Positions 9,808-19,182 of a DNA stretch of 64,000 bases are shown here, piece after piece (the first letter of the stretch is position 1; the number at the start of each line of letters is the position of its first letter). Source of the stretch: Spirochaetota bacterium (GTDB taxonomy: Bacteria > Spirochaetota > UBA4802 > UBA5550); assembly GCA_963663865.1 (NCBI GenBank), contig OY760686.1:2624001-2688000 (forward strand). Direction: 5' to 3'. The position numbers and the translations under genes were made by a program. Below the pieces are notes generated by a model. It was given only the letters and a program-made list of their open reading frames with translations, did no database searches and was not told the origin of the DNA.

Positions 9808-11388
9808 TTAAAGCGCGACATTGTGAATGCCCTTATCCCTCACTCCGGATTTTTTCATGTACTCAATTTTATTAAGGGCGTCAACAAAGCATACAATTCC
9901 GGCGATTGAAATATCAACATGCTTTCCGGTTCCGAAGACCCTTATCTGTCTTCCGTCATGCTCCTCAACTACGGTAGCAGAAACCTCCGAGAGGGCATCC
10001 GAACCGCCTGTAATGGCCACAAGATTAAAAGACTCTATGTAGGCTGCTGTGTTCGTAATTTTTTTAACGGCATTAACACCGGCGTCAACACCTCCGTTTC
10101 CGTGGGCAACCTCAAAAAGGTCTTCCCTTTTCTCGTAATGATCCCTCAGAGTAACAAGCGTCATGGGCGGCGAAAACATACCAGTGGAGATTTGTACATT
10201 CTGTACCTTATAACGCCTTCTCTGCTCTTCCTTGTTCATTGATTCGCCTATCAAAGCAATGAGATCTTCATCAAAAACCTGCTTTTTCTTGTCGGCCAGC
10301 GCCTTGAAGTATTTGAAGAACCTGTCAATTTCCTCTGATGAAAGTTCAAATCCAAGCTCGTTAAGCCTGTTTAGTACCGCGTGCCTTCCTGAATGCTTGC
10401 CGAGAACAAGTGAAGACCTGTTTATTCCGACATCTTCCGGCTTCATTATCTCGTAGGTCATGGCGTTCTTGAGTACTCCATCCTGGTGTATACCCGACTC
10501 ATGCGAGAAGGCGTTTGCCCCTACAATTGCCTTGTTCGGCTGCACTGACACCCCAGTGATACTGGTCAGCAGCTTGCTGGTAGTCATTATCTGTTTTGTG
10601 TTTATGCCTGTAGTGAGATTGAAGATATCGCTTCTTGTCTTGATAGCCATGACGACCTCTTCCATCGCGGTGTTTCCGGCCCTCTCTCCTATTCCGTTTA
10701 CGGTACACTCAACCTGCCTCGCACCGGCTTCAATTGCGGAAAGCGCGTTAGCTCCAGCAAGCCCGAGGTCGTTGTGACAGTGTACGGATATTACCGCCTT
10801 ATCAATATTAGGTACATTTTGTTTCAGGTAGCTGATAATCTTGAAAAATTCTGTTGGTATGGTATATCCTACCGTGTCAGGAATATTAACAGTGGTAACA
10901 CCAGCGTCAATAACAAGCTCAACCATCTTCGCGAGATATGCAAGATCGCTTCTTGTAGCGTCCATTGGGGAAAACTCAATGTTGCTCAAATACTTTTTAG
11001 CGTGTTTTACAGCAGCTACCGCGAGTTCGAGAACCTCTTCACGCGTCTTCTTCAGCTGGTACTCGATGTGAATATCGGAACTCGAAATAAAGGTGTGTAT
11101 CCTTGGATTTTTTGCACCCTTCAGAGCCTCCCAGGCAGCGTCTATGTCCTTGAAATTTGCCCTGGCAAGGCCGGCAACCTGGGCATTCTTAACCTTTGCC
11201 GATATCTTCTGTACCGCCTCAAAATCGCCATCGGAAATCACCGGGAAGCCGGCTTCAATTACATCAACGCCGAGCTTCTCAAGCTGCTCAGCGAATAAAA
11301 GCTTTTCCTCTATATTCATGCTGAATCCAGGGGATTGTTCCCCATCGCGCAATGTTGTATCAAAAATTATTATTCTTTCTCCGGACAT
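9808..11388 (-). CDS. leuA: 2-isopropylmalate synthase
   Basis: IFDTTLRDGEQSPG, VHCHNDLG, GIGERAGN, HESGIHQDG and GKHSGRHA motifs. ATG at 11388 follows an AGGAGG SD (the ORF track over-extends to 11454). Confidence 0.96.
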   Translation of the reverse strand: MSGERIIIFDTTLRDGEQSPGFSMNIEEKLLFAEQLEKLGVDVIEAGFPVISDGDFEAVQKISAKVKNAQVAGLARANFKDIDAAWEALKGAKNPRIHTFISSSDIHIEYQLKKTREEVLELAVAAVKHAKKYLSNIEFSPMDATRSDLAYLAKMVELVIDAGVTTVNIPDTVGYTIPTEFFKIISYLKQNVPNIDKAVISVHCHNDLGLAGANALSAIEAGARQVECTVNGIGERAGNTAMEEVVMAIKTRSDIFNLTTGINTKQIMTTSKLLTSITGVSVQPNKAIVGANAFSHESGIHQDGVLKNAMTYEIMKPEDVGINRSSLVLGKHSGRHAVLNRLNELGFELSSEEIDRFFKYFKALADKKKQVFDEDLIALIGESMNKEEQRRRYKVQNVQISTGMFSPPMTLVTLRDHYEKREDLFEVAHGNGGVDAGVNAVKKITNTAAYIESFNLVAITGGSDALSEVSATVVEEHDGRQIRVFGTGKHVDISIAGIVCFVDALNKIEYMKKSGVRDKGIHNVAL

Positions 11389-11535
11389 CACTTTCCTCCT
11401 TATCATCGACGTGCTGATAGTCTCAGTCGATATTTTGTTAAATTTTTTAAACAAGTTTTAATATTCGTTTTTCAACAATTTTAAAGACATCAACTATGTC
11501 TTCCGGTTGCATTTTTTCTCAAATTATGAGATAAA

Positions 11536-11577
11536 TCACCAACAGCTTTTGAGCATACATGAGAATTCAGCTTTCAT
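11536..11577 (-). CDS. Possible 13-aa micro-ORF (MKAEFSCMLKSCW) between the attenuator and leuA
   Basis: GGAGGTG SD (11591-11585) lies 7 nt upstream of the ATG. Confidence 0.3.
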   Translation of the reverse strand: MKAEFSCMLKSCW

Positions 11578-11602
11578 TCCCCTTCACCTCCTGCGAAAGC
11601 AT

Positions 11603-11635
11603 AAAAAAAGCCGCCCCGGTTCCGGGACGGCTTTT
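11603..11635 (-). terminator. Attenuator terminator of the leuA leader
   Basis: AGCCGUCCCG-GAAC-CGGGGCGGCU followed by a U-run. Confidence 0.85.
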
Positions 11636-11657
11636 GATCTTTCGACTTACTCAGGCA

Positions 11658-11729
11658 TCACGAACCGGCTCCACGTTTTGCGGGGAGTAGAAGGAGGCCG
11701 AGAAGAAGATTATTACTCATTTTTTTCAT
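11658..11729 (-). CDS. Leucine-rich leader peptide of the leuA attenuator (MKKMSNNLLLGLLLLPAKRGAGS)
   Basis: 7 Leu in 8 consecutive codons, GAAGGA SD, followed by antiterminator/terminator complementarity, upstream of leuA. Confidence 0.85.
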   Translation of the reverse strand: MKKMSNNLLLGLLLLPAKRGAGS

Positions 11730-11787
11730 TCGTTCGTTCCTTCAGTCCATAATGATTATCAAACACCTATACTAAAGCTTCATTTTG

Positions 11788-12387
11788 TCAAGAAAAATAT
11801 TTTACCCTGCCCTCTATAGGGCTGAATGTCTTCTCACCCGGCTCTGACTGCGGTTTCCCGAATACGAGCTGAGAATATAGACGCCAGCTTTCAGGTAGAT
11901 TCCATTCACGGGCGACCTCCGTGTCAATCAGCGGGTTGTAGTGCTGCAGTGACGCCCCGAACCCCTCATCTTCAAGGGCTGTCCATGCTATATACTGGGT
12001 CATTCCGGACGATTGAAGCGAAAAAAACGGAAACGCATCGGCATAAAGCGGAAAGTCCGCCTGAAGCTTCTTAACGACTTGCTGATCTTCAAAGAAAAGT
12101 ATGGTGCCAGCTCCGTTTTTAAAGCCCTGCAGTTTTTTTTCAGTTTGTTCAAAAGCATCTTCAGGAACAACTTTTTTAAGTACAGACACAACAATGTCCC
12201 AGAGCCTGGAGTGATTTTTCCCAAGCAGTATGACCGCCCTTGCGCTCTGGGAATTAAAGGCGGATGGTGCGTGTGTAACTGAATGCTCCACTATCTCCCT
12301 GACCCTCTCAGGAGAAACAACCATCTCATTGTTTATATCGTAATAGCTTCTTCTGTTTTCTACCGCTTCCTTAAATGACTTAACCAT
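11788..12387 (-). CDS. Nitroreductase family protein (Frm2/Hbn1-like subgroup)
   Basis: RRSYY, HAPSAFNSQS.R, GASLQHYNP and QLVFG motifs. Confidence 0.88.
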   Translation of the reverse strand: MVKSFKEAVENRRSYYDINNEMVVSPERVREIVEHSVTHAPSAFNSQSARAVILLGKNHSRLWDIVVSVLKKVVPEDAFEQTEKKLQGFKNGAGTILFFEDQQVVKKLQADFPLYADAFPFFSLQSSGMTQYIAWTALEDEGFGASLQHYNPLIDTEVAREWNLPESWRLYSQLVFGKPQSEPGEKTFSPIEGRVKYFS

Positions 12388-12573
12388 AATGTTCCTCCTT
12401 TCCGAGATATTACTCTCTTAGATATATATTTGATAAAAATGTTAAATTTTTCTTATCACAAAAGTTAATATCCCGCCACAAAAATATTATAGAATAGTGA
12501 AAACTTAATTTGCTTGCAAAAATAGTGTCTGATGTTCTATTGATTGGCTGCGCATTGACATGGAGGAACAACG

Positions 12574-12819
12574 ATGAAGATTGCCACTGAAATCGACACT
12601 ATGATGCTGGAGCTTACAAGAAACGGGACAGCCCCCCGCTATCTTGTTATAGGTATAAACCAGTTTGAGCGGCTGGTACTTGAGGTTGCCGACAAAGGTC
12701 AGGACATTAAAAACAGTATGCAGTACATGGGGTGTGATATTATTATCACTCAAAGCGACATTATTGAACTGGCTGCCGACGCGGCTACTCAGATGAGGCG
12801 TCTTTCCGGAAGGCATTAA
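12574..12819 (+). CDS. Small hypothetical protein (81 aa)
   Basis: GGAGG SD and protein-like composition; no recognised family. Confidence 0.65.
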   Translation: MKIATEIDTMMLELTRNGTAPRYLVIGINQFERLVLEVADKGQDIKNSMQYMGCDIIITQSDIIELAADAATQMRRLSGRH

Positions 12820-12843
12820 GATATTTTGGTTAACTCAGTCATC

Positions 12844-13292
12844 TGGCAGAGGGCCTGCCTGTCTTTTTTCACACTGAGAGTGTGAGACCTTTTTTCGTTA
12901 CTTTCTTTTTTCGATCCAAAAAAGAAAGTAACCAAAGAAAAAGGGATCTCCTGCGCGGAGGGCGATGGGACATCCATGTCCAAAGAATTAGTCACTGTGA
13001 AATAATATATTGAGAGATTGCTTTATTTAGTCAGGCTCCTTTGGAGCCGGAAAGCGCAGCGTCCTGCTGCGCTTGAGTAAGTAATTCTCTGATTACACGT
13101 AGTAATTGATTTTATATTTCCGCCATTGTGTTCCCCGAAGGCTTTTCCGCCGTCCTGGCGGCCATCGGCACTAAAACATCCTGTTTGTCGGAATATCTCG
13201 CAGTCGGCCGCGGGATAATGCGCTGCGTTTATTTGAGCACCCGGTAGAGCCTCCCAATTTGGGCGGCTCTACCTCGCCGTGACACGCAGCGC
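12844..13292 (-). repeat. Modular structured intergenic element, copy A (GGA-hairpin rich; candidate Csr/Rsm-type RNA or MITE/REP cluster)
   Basis: End modules 13237-13292 and 12844-12880 are near-identical, inverted, to 29290-29344 and 29588-29623. The interior has several hairpins with A(N)GGA loops on the minus strand. Confidence 0.7.
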
Positions 13293-13427
13293 CCCGCGTG
13301 TGAATGATATGCGCCCCGCGCGTAAATGTGAGTACGCTCCGTACAAAAAAACATTCATGAAGTGAAAAGAAAGTCTTCGCAGAGCAGTTTTTTGACTCCT
13401 TTTCTTATAAAAGAAAAGGAGTGAGAA

Positions 13428-14858
13428 TCAGTACCTGTAATGCTCAGGCTTATACGGTCCCTCAGGGTTTACCCCGATGTAGTCAGCCTGTTCCTTACTA
13501 AGAACAGTAAGCTTTACACCAAGCTTGGGCAGGTGAAGCCTGGCCACCTCCTCGTCAAGCTCCTTCGGAAGAGTATAAACCTTAACGTCATGGTTCTGAG
13601 TTGCAAGCGCAATCTGAGCAAGAGCCTGGTTGGTAAAGCTGTTGCTCATTACAAAGCTCGGATGTCCGGTAGCGCATCCCAGGTTCACAAGACGGCCCTC
13701 AGCCAGAATGATAATCGAACGGCCGGATTTGAGACGCCACCTGTCAACCTGGGGCTTGATGGTATCCTTAACACAATCGGCACTGTCTTCAAGGTATGCC
13801 ATATCAATCTCGTTGTCAAAGTGGCCTATATTGCAGACAATAGCACCCTCTTTCATTTTTTCCATGTGCCCGCCGGTAATAACCCTGAGATTGCCGGTAG
13901 CTGTTACAAAGATATCAGCCTCTCCTACTGCATCGTCCATAGTAACCACTTCGTACCCTTCCATAGCAGCCTGAAGTGCACAGATAGGATCTATCTCAGT
14001 TACGAGCACCCGCGCCCCAAATCCCCTCATTGACTGAGCGCATCCCTTACCGACATCTCCATAACCGCATACTACAACGATTTTTCCAGCGACCATAATG
14101 TCGGTAGCGCGCTTGATTCCATCAGCAAGCGACTCCCGGCATCCGTACAAATTGTCAAACTTGGATTTTGTAACCGAGTCGTTTACATTGATAGCCGGGA
14201 ATAGAAGCTCTCCGGTTTTATACATATGATACAGCCTGTGTACACCAGTCGTTGTTTCTTCAGAAACACCTTTGATTGAAGAAGCTATCTTCGTCCACTT
14301 GTCAGGAACATGCTTCAGACTTTCACGCACCCTTCCCATGACTATGGCAAATTCCTTGTTGTCGATTTTCTTTTCGAGTATTGAGGGATCCTTTTCAGCT
14401 TTTACACCCTGATGAACAAGCATTGTAGCATCGCCCCCGTCATCAACAATCAGATCTGGACCGGACCCATCAGGCCATGTCATGGCCTGTTCTGTACACC
14501 ACCAGTACTCCTCAAGAGTTTCGCCTTTCCAGGCAAAAACCTTTGCAGTTCCGGCCGCAACAATCGCCGCGGCGGCATGGTCCTGCGTCGAAAAGATATT
14601 GCACGATGCCCATCGCACATCAGCTCCCAATTCCTTCAGCGTCTCTATCAGCACCGCTGTCTGGATAGTCATATGAAGGCTGCCCATGACTTTGAGCCCC
14701 TTCAGAGGTTTCTGCGGGCCGTACTTCCTGCGTACAGCCATAAGGCCCGGCATCTCATCCTCCGCGAGTCCAATCTCCTTGCGTCCCCAATCAGCAAGTG
14801 ACATATCCGCTACTTTGTTTTCAAGTGAAGGATTAAGCTCCATAAATTTCTCTGACAT
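13428..14858 (-). CDS. ahcY: Adenosylhomocysteinase
   Basis: [38 protein letters not shown] and GHPSFVMS motifs. Confidence 0.98.
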   Translation of the reverse strand: MSEKFMELNPSLENKVADMSLADWGRKEIGLAEDEMPGLMAVRRKYGPQKPLKGLKVMGSLHMTIQTAVLIETLKELGADVRWASCNIFSTQDHAAAAIVAAGTAKVFAWKGETLEEYWWCTEQAMTWPDGSGPDLIVDDGGDATMLVHQGVKAEKDPSILEKKIDNKEFAIVMGRVRESLKHVPDKWTKIASSIKGVSEETTTGVHRLYHMYKTGELLFPAINVNDSVTKSKFDNLYGCRESLADGIKRATDIMVAGKIVVVCGYGDVGKGCAQSMRGFGARVLVTEIDPICALQAAMEGYEVVTMDDAVGEADIFVTATGNLRVITGGHMEKMKEGAIVCNIGHFDNEIDMAYLEDSADCVKDTIKPQVDRWRLKSGRSIIILAEGRLVNLGCATGHPSFVMSNSFTNQALAQIALATQNHDVKVYTLPKELDEEVARLHLPKLGVKLTVLSKEQADYIGVNPEGPYKPEHYRY

Positions 14859-14885
14859 ATTATTCTCCTCGTACTTTATTTGATT

Positions 14886-15827
14886 TTATTGCACTTTTAC
14901 CGCGTGAAAGAAATTAGCTGTAAGCGCACCCGCAGCCGGCAGCTGTTCTGCTTTGATAATATCCATATTCGCGGTTTTTATCCAGCCTTTAATCTCATCT
15001 ATTTCAAAACCGAGCCTCCTGTGCCGGAAGACTGTCCGCATCCTCTCATCGTTGTGCGAATTGAGATCAATGATAAAAAGACTCCCCTTACCGCTCAGTG
15101 CCCTGCACGCCTCCTCGATGGCTCTCGCCGGCTCATCAAGATAATGAAGCACCATAGAAATAATCACGACATCCGCCTCACCGTCTCTTACAGGCAGGTG
15201 TTCAAGTTCGCCGATTCTGAATTCCGCGCGTTCTTTACCGGCAAACCTCTTCCTGGCAACGGCTATCATGGCGTCAGAGCTGTCTATTCCGATGACCCGC
15301 GACGCTTGAGCGTACATCTGTTCAAGAAGGCCCCCCGTCCCGCACCCCAGGTCAGCGATTATCCTGTTTTTTTCAATCAAGGGGAGGATAATGGCTGCTG
15401 CGTCAAGGCTGCCCACCATCTTCTTCCTGACATCGTCCCATTCGGGAGCTATGTCTTCGAAGTACATCGCCTTCTCCTTGCCGCGCGCACTGATGACCGC
15501 CCGCAGCCTGGCCCTGTCAGCTTCGAAGTGCTCTTCATTTTCAAGCAGCTCACTGCACAGGGCTGCGGGCGCGGCAGAGCCGCTCCCCGCTTCCGCGGGG
15601 TCATCAGCGCGCGCCGCTCTGTAAAAAACCCATAGCCCGTCCCTTCGCGATTCAAGAAGCCCGCTCTCGGCAAGTATCTTCAGGTGCCTCGATATGCGGC
15701 TCTGTCCCATGTCAAGCACCGTGGTTATTTCGTAAACGTTGAGCTCAGACAGACTCAGTATGTTCATGAGCCTTATCCTGGTTTCGTCCGCGAGAGCCTT
15801 GAATATTAAAAGTGGATTCATTTTCAT
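14886..15827 (-). CDS. ArsR-HTH + SAM-binding methyltransferase-fold regulator (SahR-like)
   Basis: FKALADETRIRL...QSRISRHLKIL ArsR HTH fused to a DLGCGTG class I MTase domain, directly upstream of ahcY as for SahR. Confidence 0.85.
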   Translation of the reverse strand: MKMNPLLIFKALADETRIRLMNILSLSELNVYEITTVLDMGQSRISRHLKILAESGLLESRRDGLWVFYRAARADDPAEAGSGSAAPAALCSELLENEEHFEADRARLRAVISARGKEKAMYFEDIAPEWDDVRKKMVGSLDAAAIILPLIEKNRIIADLGCGTGGLLEQMYAQASRVIGIDSSDAMIAVARKRFAGKERAEFRIGELEHLPVRDGEADVVIISMVLHYLDEPARAIEEACRALSGKGSLFIIDLNSHNDERMRTVFRHRRLGFEIDEIKGWIKTANMDIIKAEQLPAAGALTANFFHAVKVQ

Positions 15828-15833
15828 ATTACT

Positions 15834-15879
15834 ATATAAGGATATATTGATATAATAACAAAATACCCCTTACCGTCAA
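15834..15879 (-). promoter_or_regulatory. Sigma70-like promoter (TTGACG-N16-TATTAT) with overlapping SahR-type operator ATATCAATATATCCTTATAT
   Basis: -35 at 15879-15874, -10 at 15857-15852 preceded by TGn; 20-bp imperfect palindrome at 15834-15853 resembling ATATCAA-N6-TTGATAT. Confidence 0.6.
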
Positions 15880-15993
15880 CAATTATTTTCAAAATTCTCC
15901 TGCGCTCCATACAATTCGCACATTATCGGCTTCTTTGTCTTGACTTGACCGAAAATATATGCTTAACGTCTTAAAAAAGTCAGGGTTAAAAAA

Positions 15994-16734
15994 ATGATGA
16001 TGACCTTCCTCCTCGCTTTCCTGTTGACCGCAGGGTCCGTAAGTGCTGAAACGGCGCGCGACATTGTGAAAAAAGCTGATGAGCTTATCAGGTCAAAGAG
16101 CTCCTATTCTGTAGTGGAAATGACCATTGTTAAACCCGGCTGGTCACGCACGATGTCTATGAAGCTGTGGGCGCTTGAGCCCGACTACGCCCTCATATAT
16201 GTTTCATCACCCGCCAGAGACAAAGGAACTGTGACCCTGAAGAGAAAAAACGAAGTGTGGAACTGGCTGCCTTCCGTCCAGCGCGTTATAAAAATACCGC
16301 CGTCTATGATGCTTCAGTCCTGGATGGGCTCCGATTTCACAAATGACGACCTGGTACGGGAATCATCCGTTGTAAACGACTACACCCACTCCCTTATCGG
16401 CGAAGAGACCATGAACGGATATAAATGTCACAAGATAAAAATGACTCCAAAACCAGAGGCGGGGGTTGTGTGGGGCAAAATCATCGTATGGATTTCGAAG
16501 GACAGATACCTCCAAACAAAGGCTGACTACTACAGCGAGGACGGCAAAAAGGTTAAGACCTTTACGGGCAGCATGGAAAGAAAAATGGGCGGAAGAAGCA
16601 TATTCGCAAAGTGGGAAATGATTCCGGAGAACAAGCCGGGAAACAGGACAATCCTTGAATATAAGGAAATTATTTTTAACTATAAAGTCAGGCAGTCGTA
16701 TTTCTCAGAGCAGAACATGAAGCGGGTCAGATAG
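15994..16734 (+). CDS. Outer membrane lipoprotein-sorting protein (LolA-like)
   Basis: Signal peptide; SPARDKG, WNWLPSV.RVIKI, SWMGSDFTNDDL and YFSEQNM motifs. Confidence 0.85.
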   Translation: MMMTFLLAFLLTAGSVSAETARDIVKKADELIRSKSSYSVVEMTIVKPGWSRTMSMKLWALEPDYALIYVSSPARDKGTVTLKRKNEVWNWLPSVQRVIKIPPSMMLQSWMGSDFTNDDLVRESSVVNDYTHSLIGEETMNGYKCHKIKMTPKPEAGVVWGKIIVWISKDRYLQTKADYYSEDGKKVKTFTGSMERKMGGRSIFAKWEMIPENKPGNRTILEYKEIIFNYKVRQSYFSEQNMKRVR

Positions 16735-16736
16735 AA

Positions 16737-17957
16737 ATGAAAACCCTGTTCACTCTGGCATGGCGCAACATCTGGAGAAACAAACGCAGAACTCTGATCG
16801 CGTCAGCCTCGGTCTTTTTCGCGGTTTTGCTGAGCCTCGTTATGAGGTCCATGCAGCAGGGATACTACGACTACATGATCGACGCATCCGTAAGAACTTA
16901 CACCGGCCATATTCAGATTCACGGCAGAGACTACTGGGAGAAGAGGTCTTTAGAGGAAAGCATGACCGTGTCATCGGACCTTGAAGCCTCGATACGTTCA
17001 CTTGATGCGGTTGAACAGACTGTTCCAAGGCTTGAATGCTTTGCCCTGCTTGCTAAAGAAAAATCGACAAGAGTGGCAATGATTTCCGGGATTGTTCCTG
17101 ACCTGGAAAACAGGCTCACCGGACTTAAAGGCAAGCTTGTTGAGGGAAACTATCCTGATATAAACTCAAAGGGAATACTTCTCGGAGAAGGGCTTGCCCG
17201 CCGCCTCAGGGCAAAAACTGGCGATGAGATTGTCATTTACGGCCAGGGCTATCACGGAGTCACAGCCGCGGCGCTCGTTCCGGTCGAAGGCATCGTCAAA
17301 TTTCCGATTCCCGATCAAAACAGGACATTTTCGTATATGGCACTTCCCGAAGCCCAGTGGATATTCAGCGCTTTCGACCGGATTACTTCAATCTCGATAA
17401 TGGCAAAAAGTACCGACGCGATACCCGGCATAACATCTGCCCTGAAGAAAAAGCTCTCCGATCAGTATGAAGTCATGTCCTGGAAGGAGCTGACACCGGA
17501 GCTGGTTCAAGCCATTGAGATCGACAACGCTCAGGGCCTCATCATGTCAGGCATTCTATATCTCGTGATTGCCTTTGGTGTTTTCGGCACGGTAATGATG
17601 ATGACAACTGAGAGACTCAGAGAGTTCGGCATACTCATTTCAGTCGGCATGATGAAGAGCAGGCTCATATTCGTTGCCTTTCTGGAAACCCTGTTCGTGT
17701 CGTTCATGGGCGTCATCGCTGGAAGCATTTCCGGGCTTCCGCTGATTGTTTACTACTCGAACAATCCGATAACACTTTCAGGCGAATACGCTGAAGCGAT
17801 TCTTGCTTTCGGTTTCGATCCGATAATCCCCTTTGCGTTGAATGGCGGCATCTTTCTTTCACAGGCAGCAGTTGTGCTGATAATTGCTCTGTTTTCAGGT
17901 CTCTATCCCTTAAATTTCATCAGAAAAATTAAACCCGCTGAAGCGGTAAGGGGCTGA
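16737..17957 (+). CDS. ABC transporter permease (LolC/E, FtsX/MacB-like)
   Basis: LAWRNIWRNKRRT, GHIQI, SWKEL and ERLREFG motifs; 4-TM topology. Confidence 0.9.
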   Translation: MKTLFTLAWRNIWRNKRRTLIASASVFFAVLLSLVMRSMQQGYYDYMIDASVRTYTGHIQIHGRDYWEKRSLEESMTVSSDLEASIRSLDAVEQTVPRLECFALLAKEKSTRVAMISGIVPDLENRLTGLKGKLVEGNYPDINSKGILLGEGLARRLRAKTGDEIVIYGQGYHGVTAAALVPVEGIVKFPIPDQNRTFSYMALPEAQWIFSAFDRITSISIMAKSTDAIPGITSALKKKLSDQYEVMSWKELTPELVQAIEIDNAQGLIMSGILYLVIAFGVFGTVMMMTTERLREFGILISVGMMKSRLIFVAFLETLFVSFMGVIAGSISGLPLIVYYSNNPITLSGEYAEAILAFGFDPIIPFALNGGIFLSQAAVVLIIALFSGLYPLNFIRKIKPAEAVRG

Positions 17958-17958
17958 C

Positions 17959-19173
17959 ATGCTTTTCACCCTCGCCTGGAGAAATATCTGGCGCAACAGA
18001 AAGAGAAGCCTAATCCTATATGCCGGAATATCATCAGGCCTTCTTCTGGGGCTCTTCTCCTGCGCCATGATGTTTGGAATGGGAGAAACATTTATCAGGT
18101 CATCAATCGACAGGGACCTTGGCCACGCCCAGATTCATACCCGGGAATATGCCTCAGACAGACAGCCTGAACTTTATATTCGCAGCTACAGGAAAATACT
18201 GAAATCTCTCACCGGCTTTGCAGAAATATCAGCCGCCGCGCCGAGAACTATAATCGAAGGCATGGCTGCTTCTGCCGCATCTTCTACAGGAATAAGTATA
18301 ATCGGGATAGAGCCGTCACTTGAAAAGAAAGTGACATCCATTCACAAAAATATTATTTCCGGCGGCTACCTGGACAGCGGTTCAGATGACAGCATTGTCG
18401 TGGGCCGCAAGCTGGCTGAATCACTCAATATCGCAAATGGTTCAAAGGTTGTCCTCAGTTTTCCCGATCTTGAAGGCAACATAATCTATGCCGCATTCAG
18501 AATTAAGGGCATTTTTAAGACCGACTCTTCTTCTTTCGACAAAACGCACGTTTTCATAAAAGCTTCTGAGCTGTTTTCCCTTCTCGGTTCGGAGGAAATC
18601 TGCCACGCTATCATAATAAAGTCATCATCAGCGGCTGAGGCTGAAAAAGCGCTCATAAGGCTTAAAACATCCTTGCAGGACCTGTCAGTGAGGGGATGGA
18701 AAGAGCTTGCGCCTGAACTAAAGATGATCGATGAGATGATTGCAACACAGCTCAATATCTTCCTCGGCATCATCCTGCTCGCCCTTCTTTTCGGCATCAC
18801 AAACACAATGCTCATGTCCGTGTTGGAGAGAATCCGTGAAATAGGCGTGCTTATGGCAATCGGCATGAAGCGAAGCCGGGTTTTTCTGATGATAATCATG
18901 GAAACAGTTACTCTGTCGCTCGCCGGAGGGGCAACAGGAATGCTTCTCGCTTTAATAGCGGTTAATGCCACCGGAATAACAGGCATAGATCTCTCGGCTT
19001 TTTCTGAAGGCCTGTCTTCGTGGGACATCAGCCCCATTATCTATCCTGTACTGCCGGGTTTCTTCTACGCATCAATAACGATAATGACAATTGTTACCGC
19101 AGTAACAGCCGCTGTTTACCCGGCGGCAAAGGCCGTTCGGTTAAACCCGTCAGCGGTAATTAGAACATCATAG
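17959..19173 (+). CDS. ABC transporter permease (LolC/E-like), second subunit
   Basis: LAWRNIWRN, NTMLMSVLERIREIG and YPAAKAVRLNP motifs. Confidence 0.9.
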   Translation: MLFTLAWRNIWRNRKRSLILYAGISSGLLLGLFSCAMMFGMGETFIRSSIDRDLGHAQIHTREYASDRQPELYIRSYRKILKSLTGFAEISAAAPRTIIEGMAASAASSTGISIIGIEPSLEKKVTSIHKNIISGGYLDSGSDDSIVVGRKLAESLNIANGSKVVLSFPDLEGNIIYAAFRIKGIFKTDSSSFDKTHVFIKASELFSLLGSEEICHAIIIKSSSAAEAEKALIRLKTSLQDLSVRGWKELAPELKMIDEMIATQLNIFLGIILLALLFGITNTMLMSVLERIREIGVLMAIGMKRSRVFLMIIMETVTLSLAGGATGMLLALIAVNATGITGIDLSAFSEGLSSWDISPIIYPVLPGFFYASITIMTIVTAVTAAVYPAAKAVRLNPSAVIRTS

Positions 19174-19182
19174 GTGGACGGT

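Noticed and set aside
12820-13427. Possible CRISPR array or tRNA in the hairpin-rich intergenic region
   Set aside because: No regularly spaced identical repeats, no cas genes, and no cloverleaf or T-loop motif.
14880-15635. Long antisense ORFs (251 aa here; also 13440-14033, 10774-11298, 18486-19037 and others)
   Set aside because: They are shadows of well-supported genes on the opposite strand, with no recognisable motifs.
15828-15993. SAM or SAH riboswitch upstream of sahR-ahcY
   Set aside because: The promoter lies within about 50 nt of the start codon, leaving no room for an aptamer; a protein operator explains the region.
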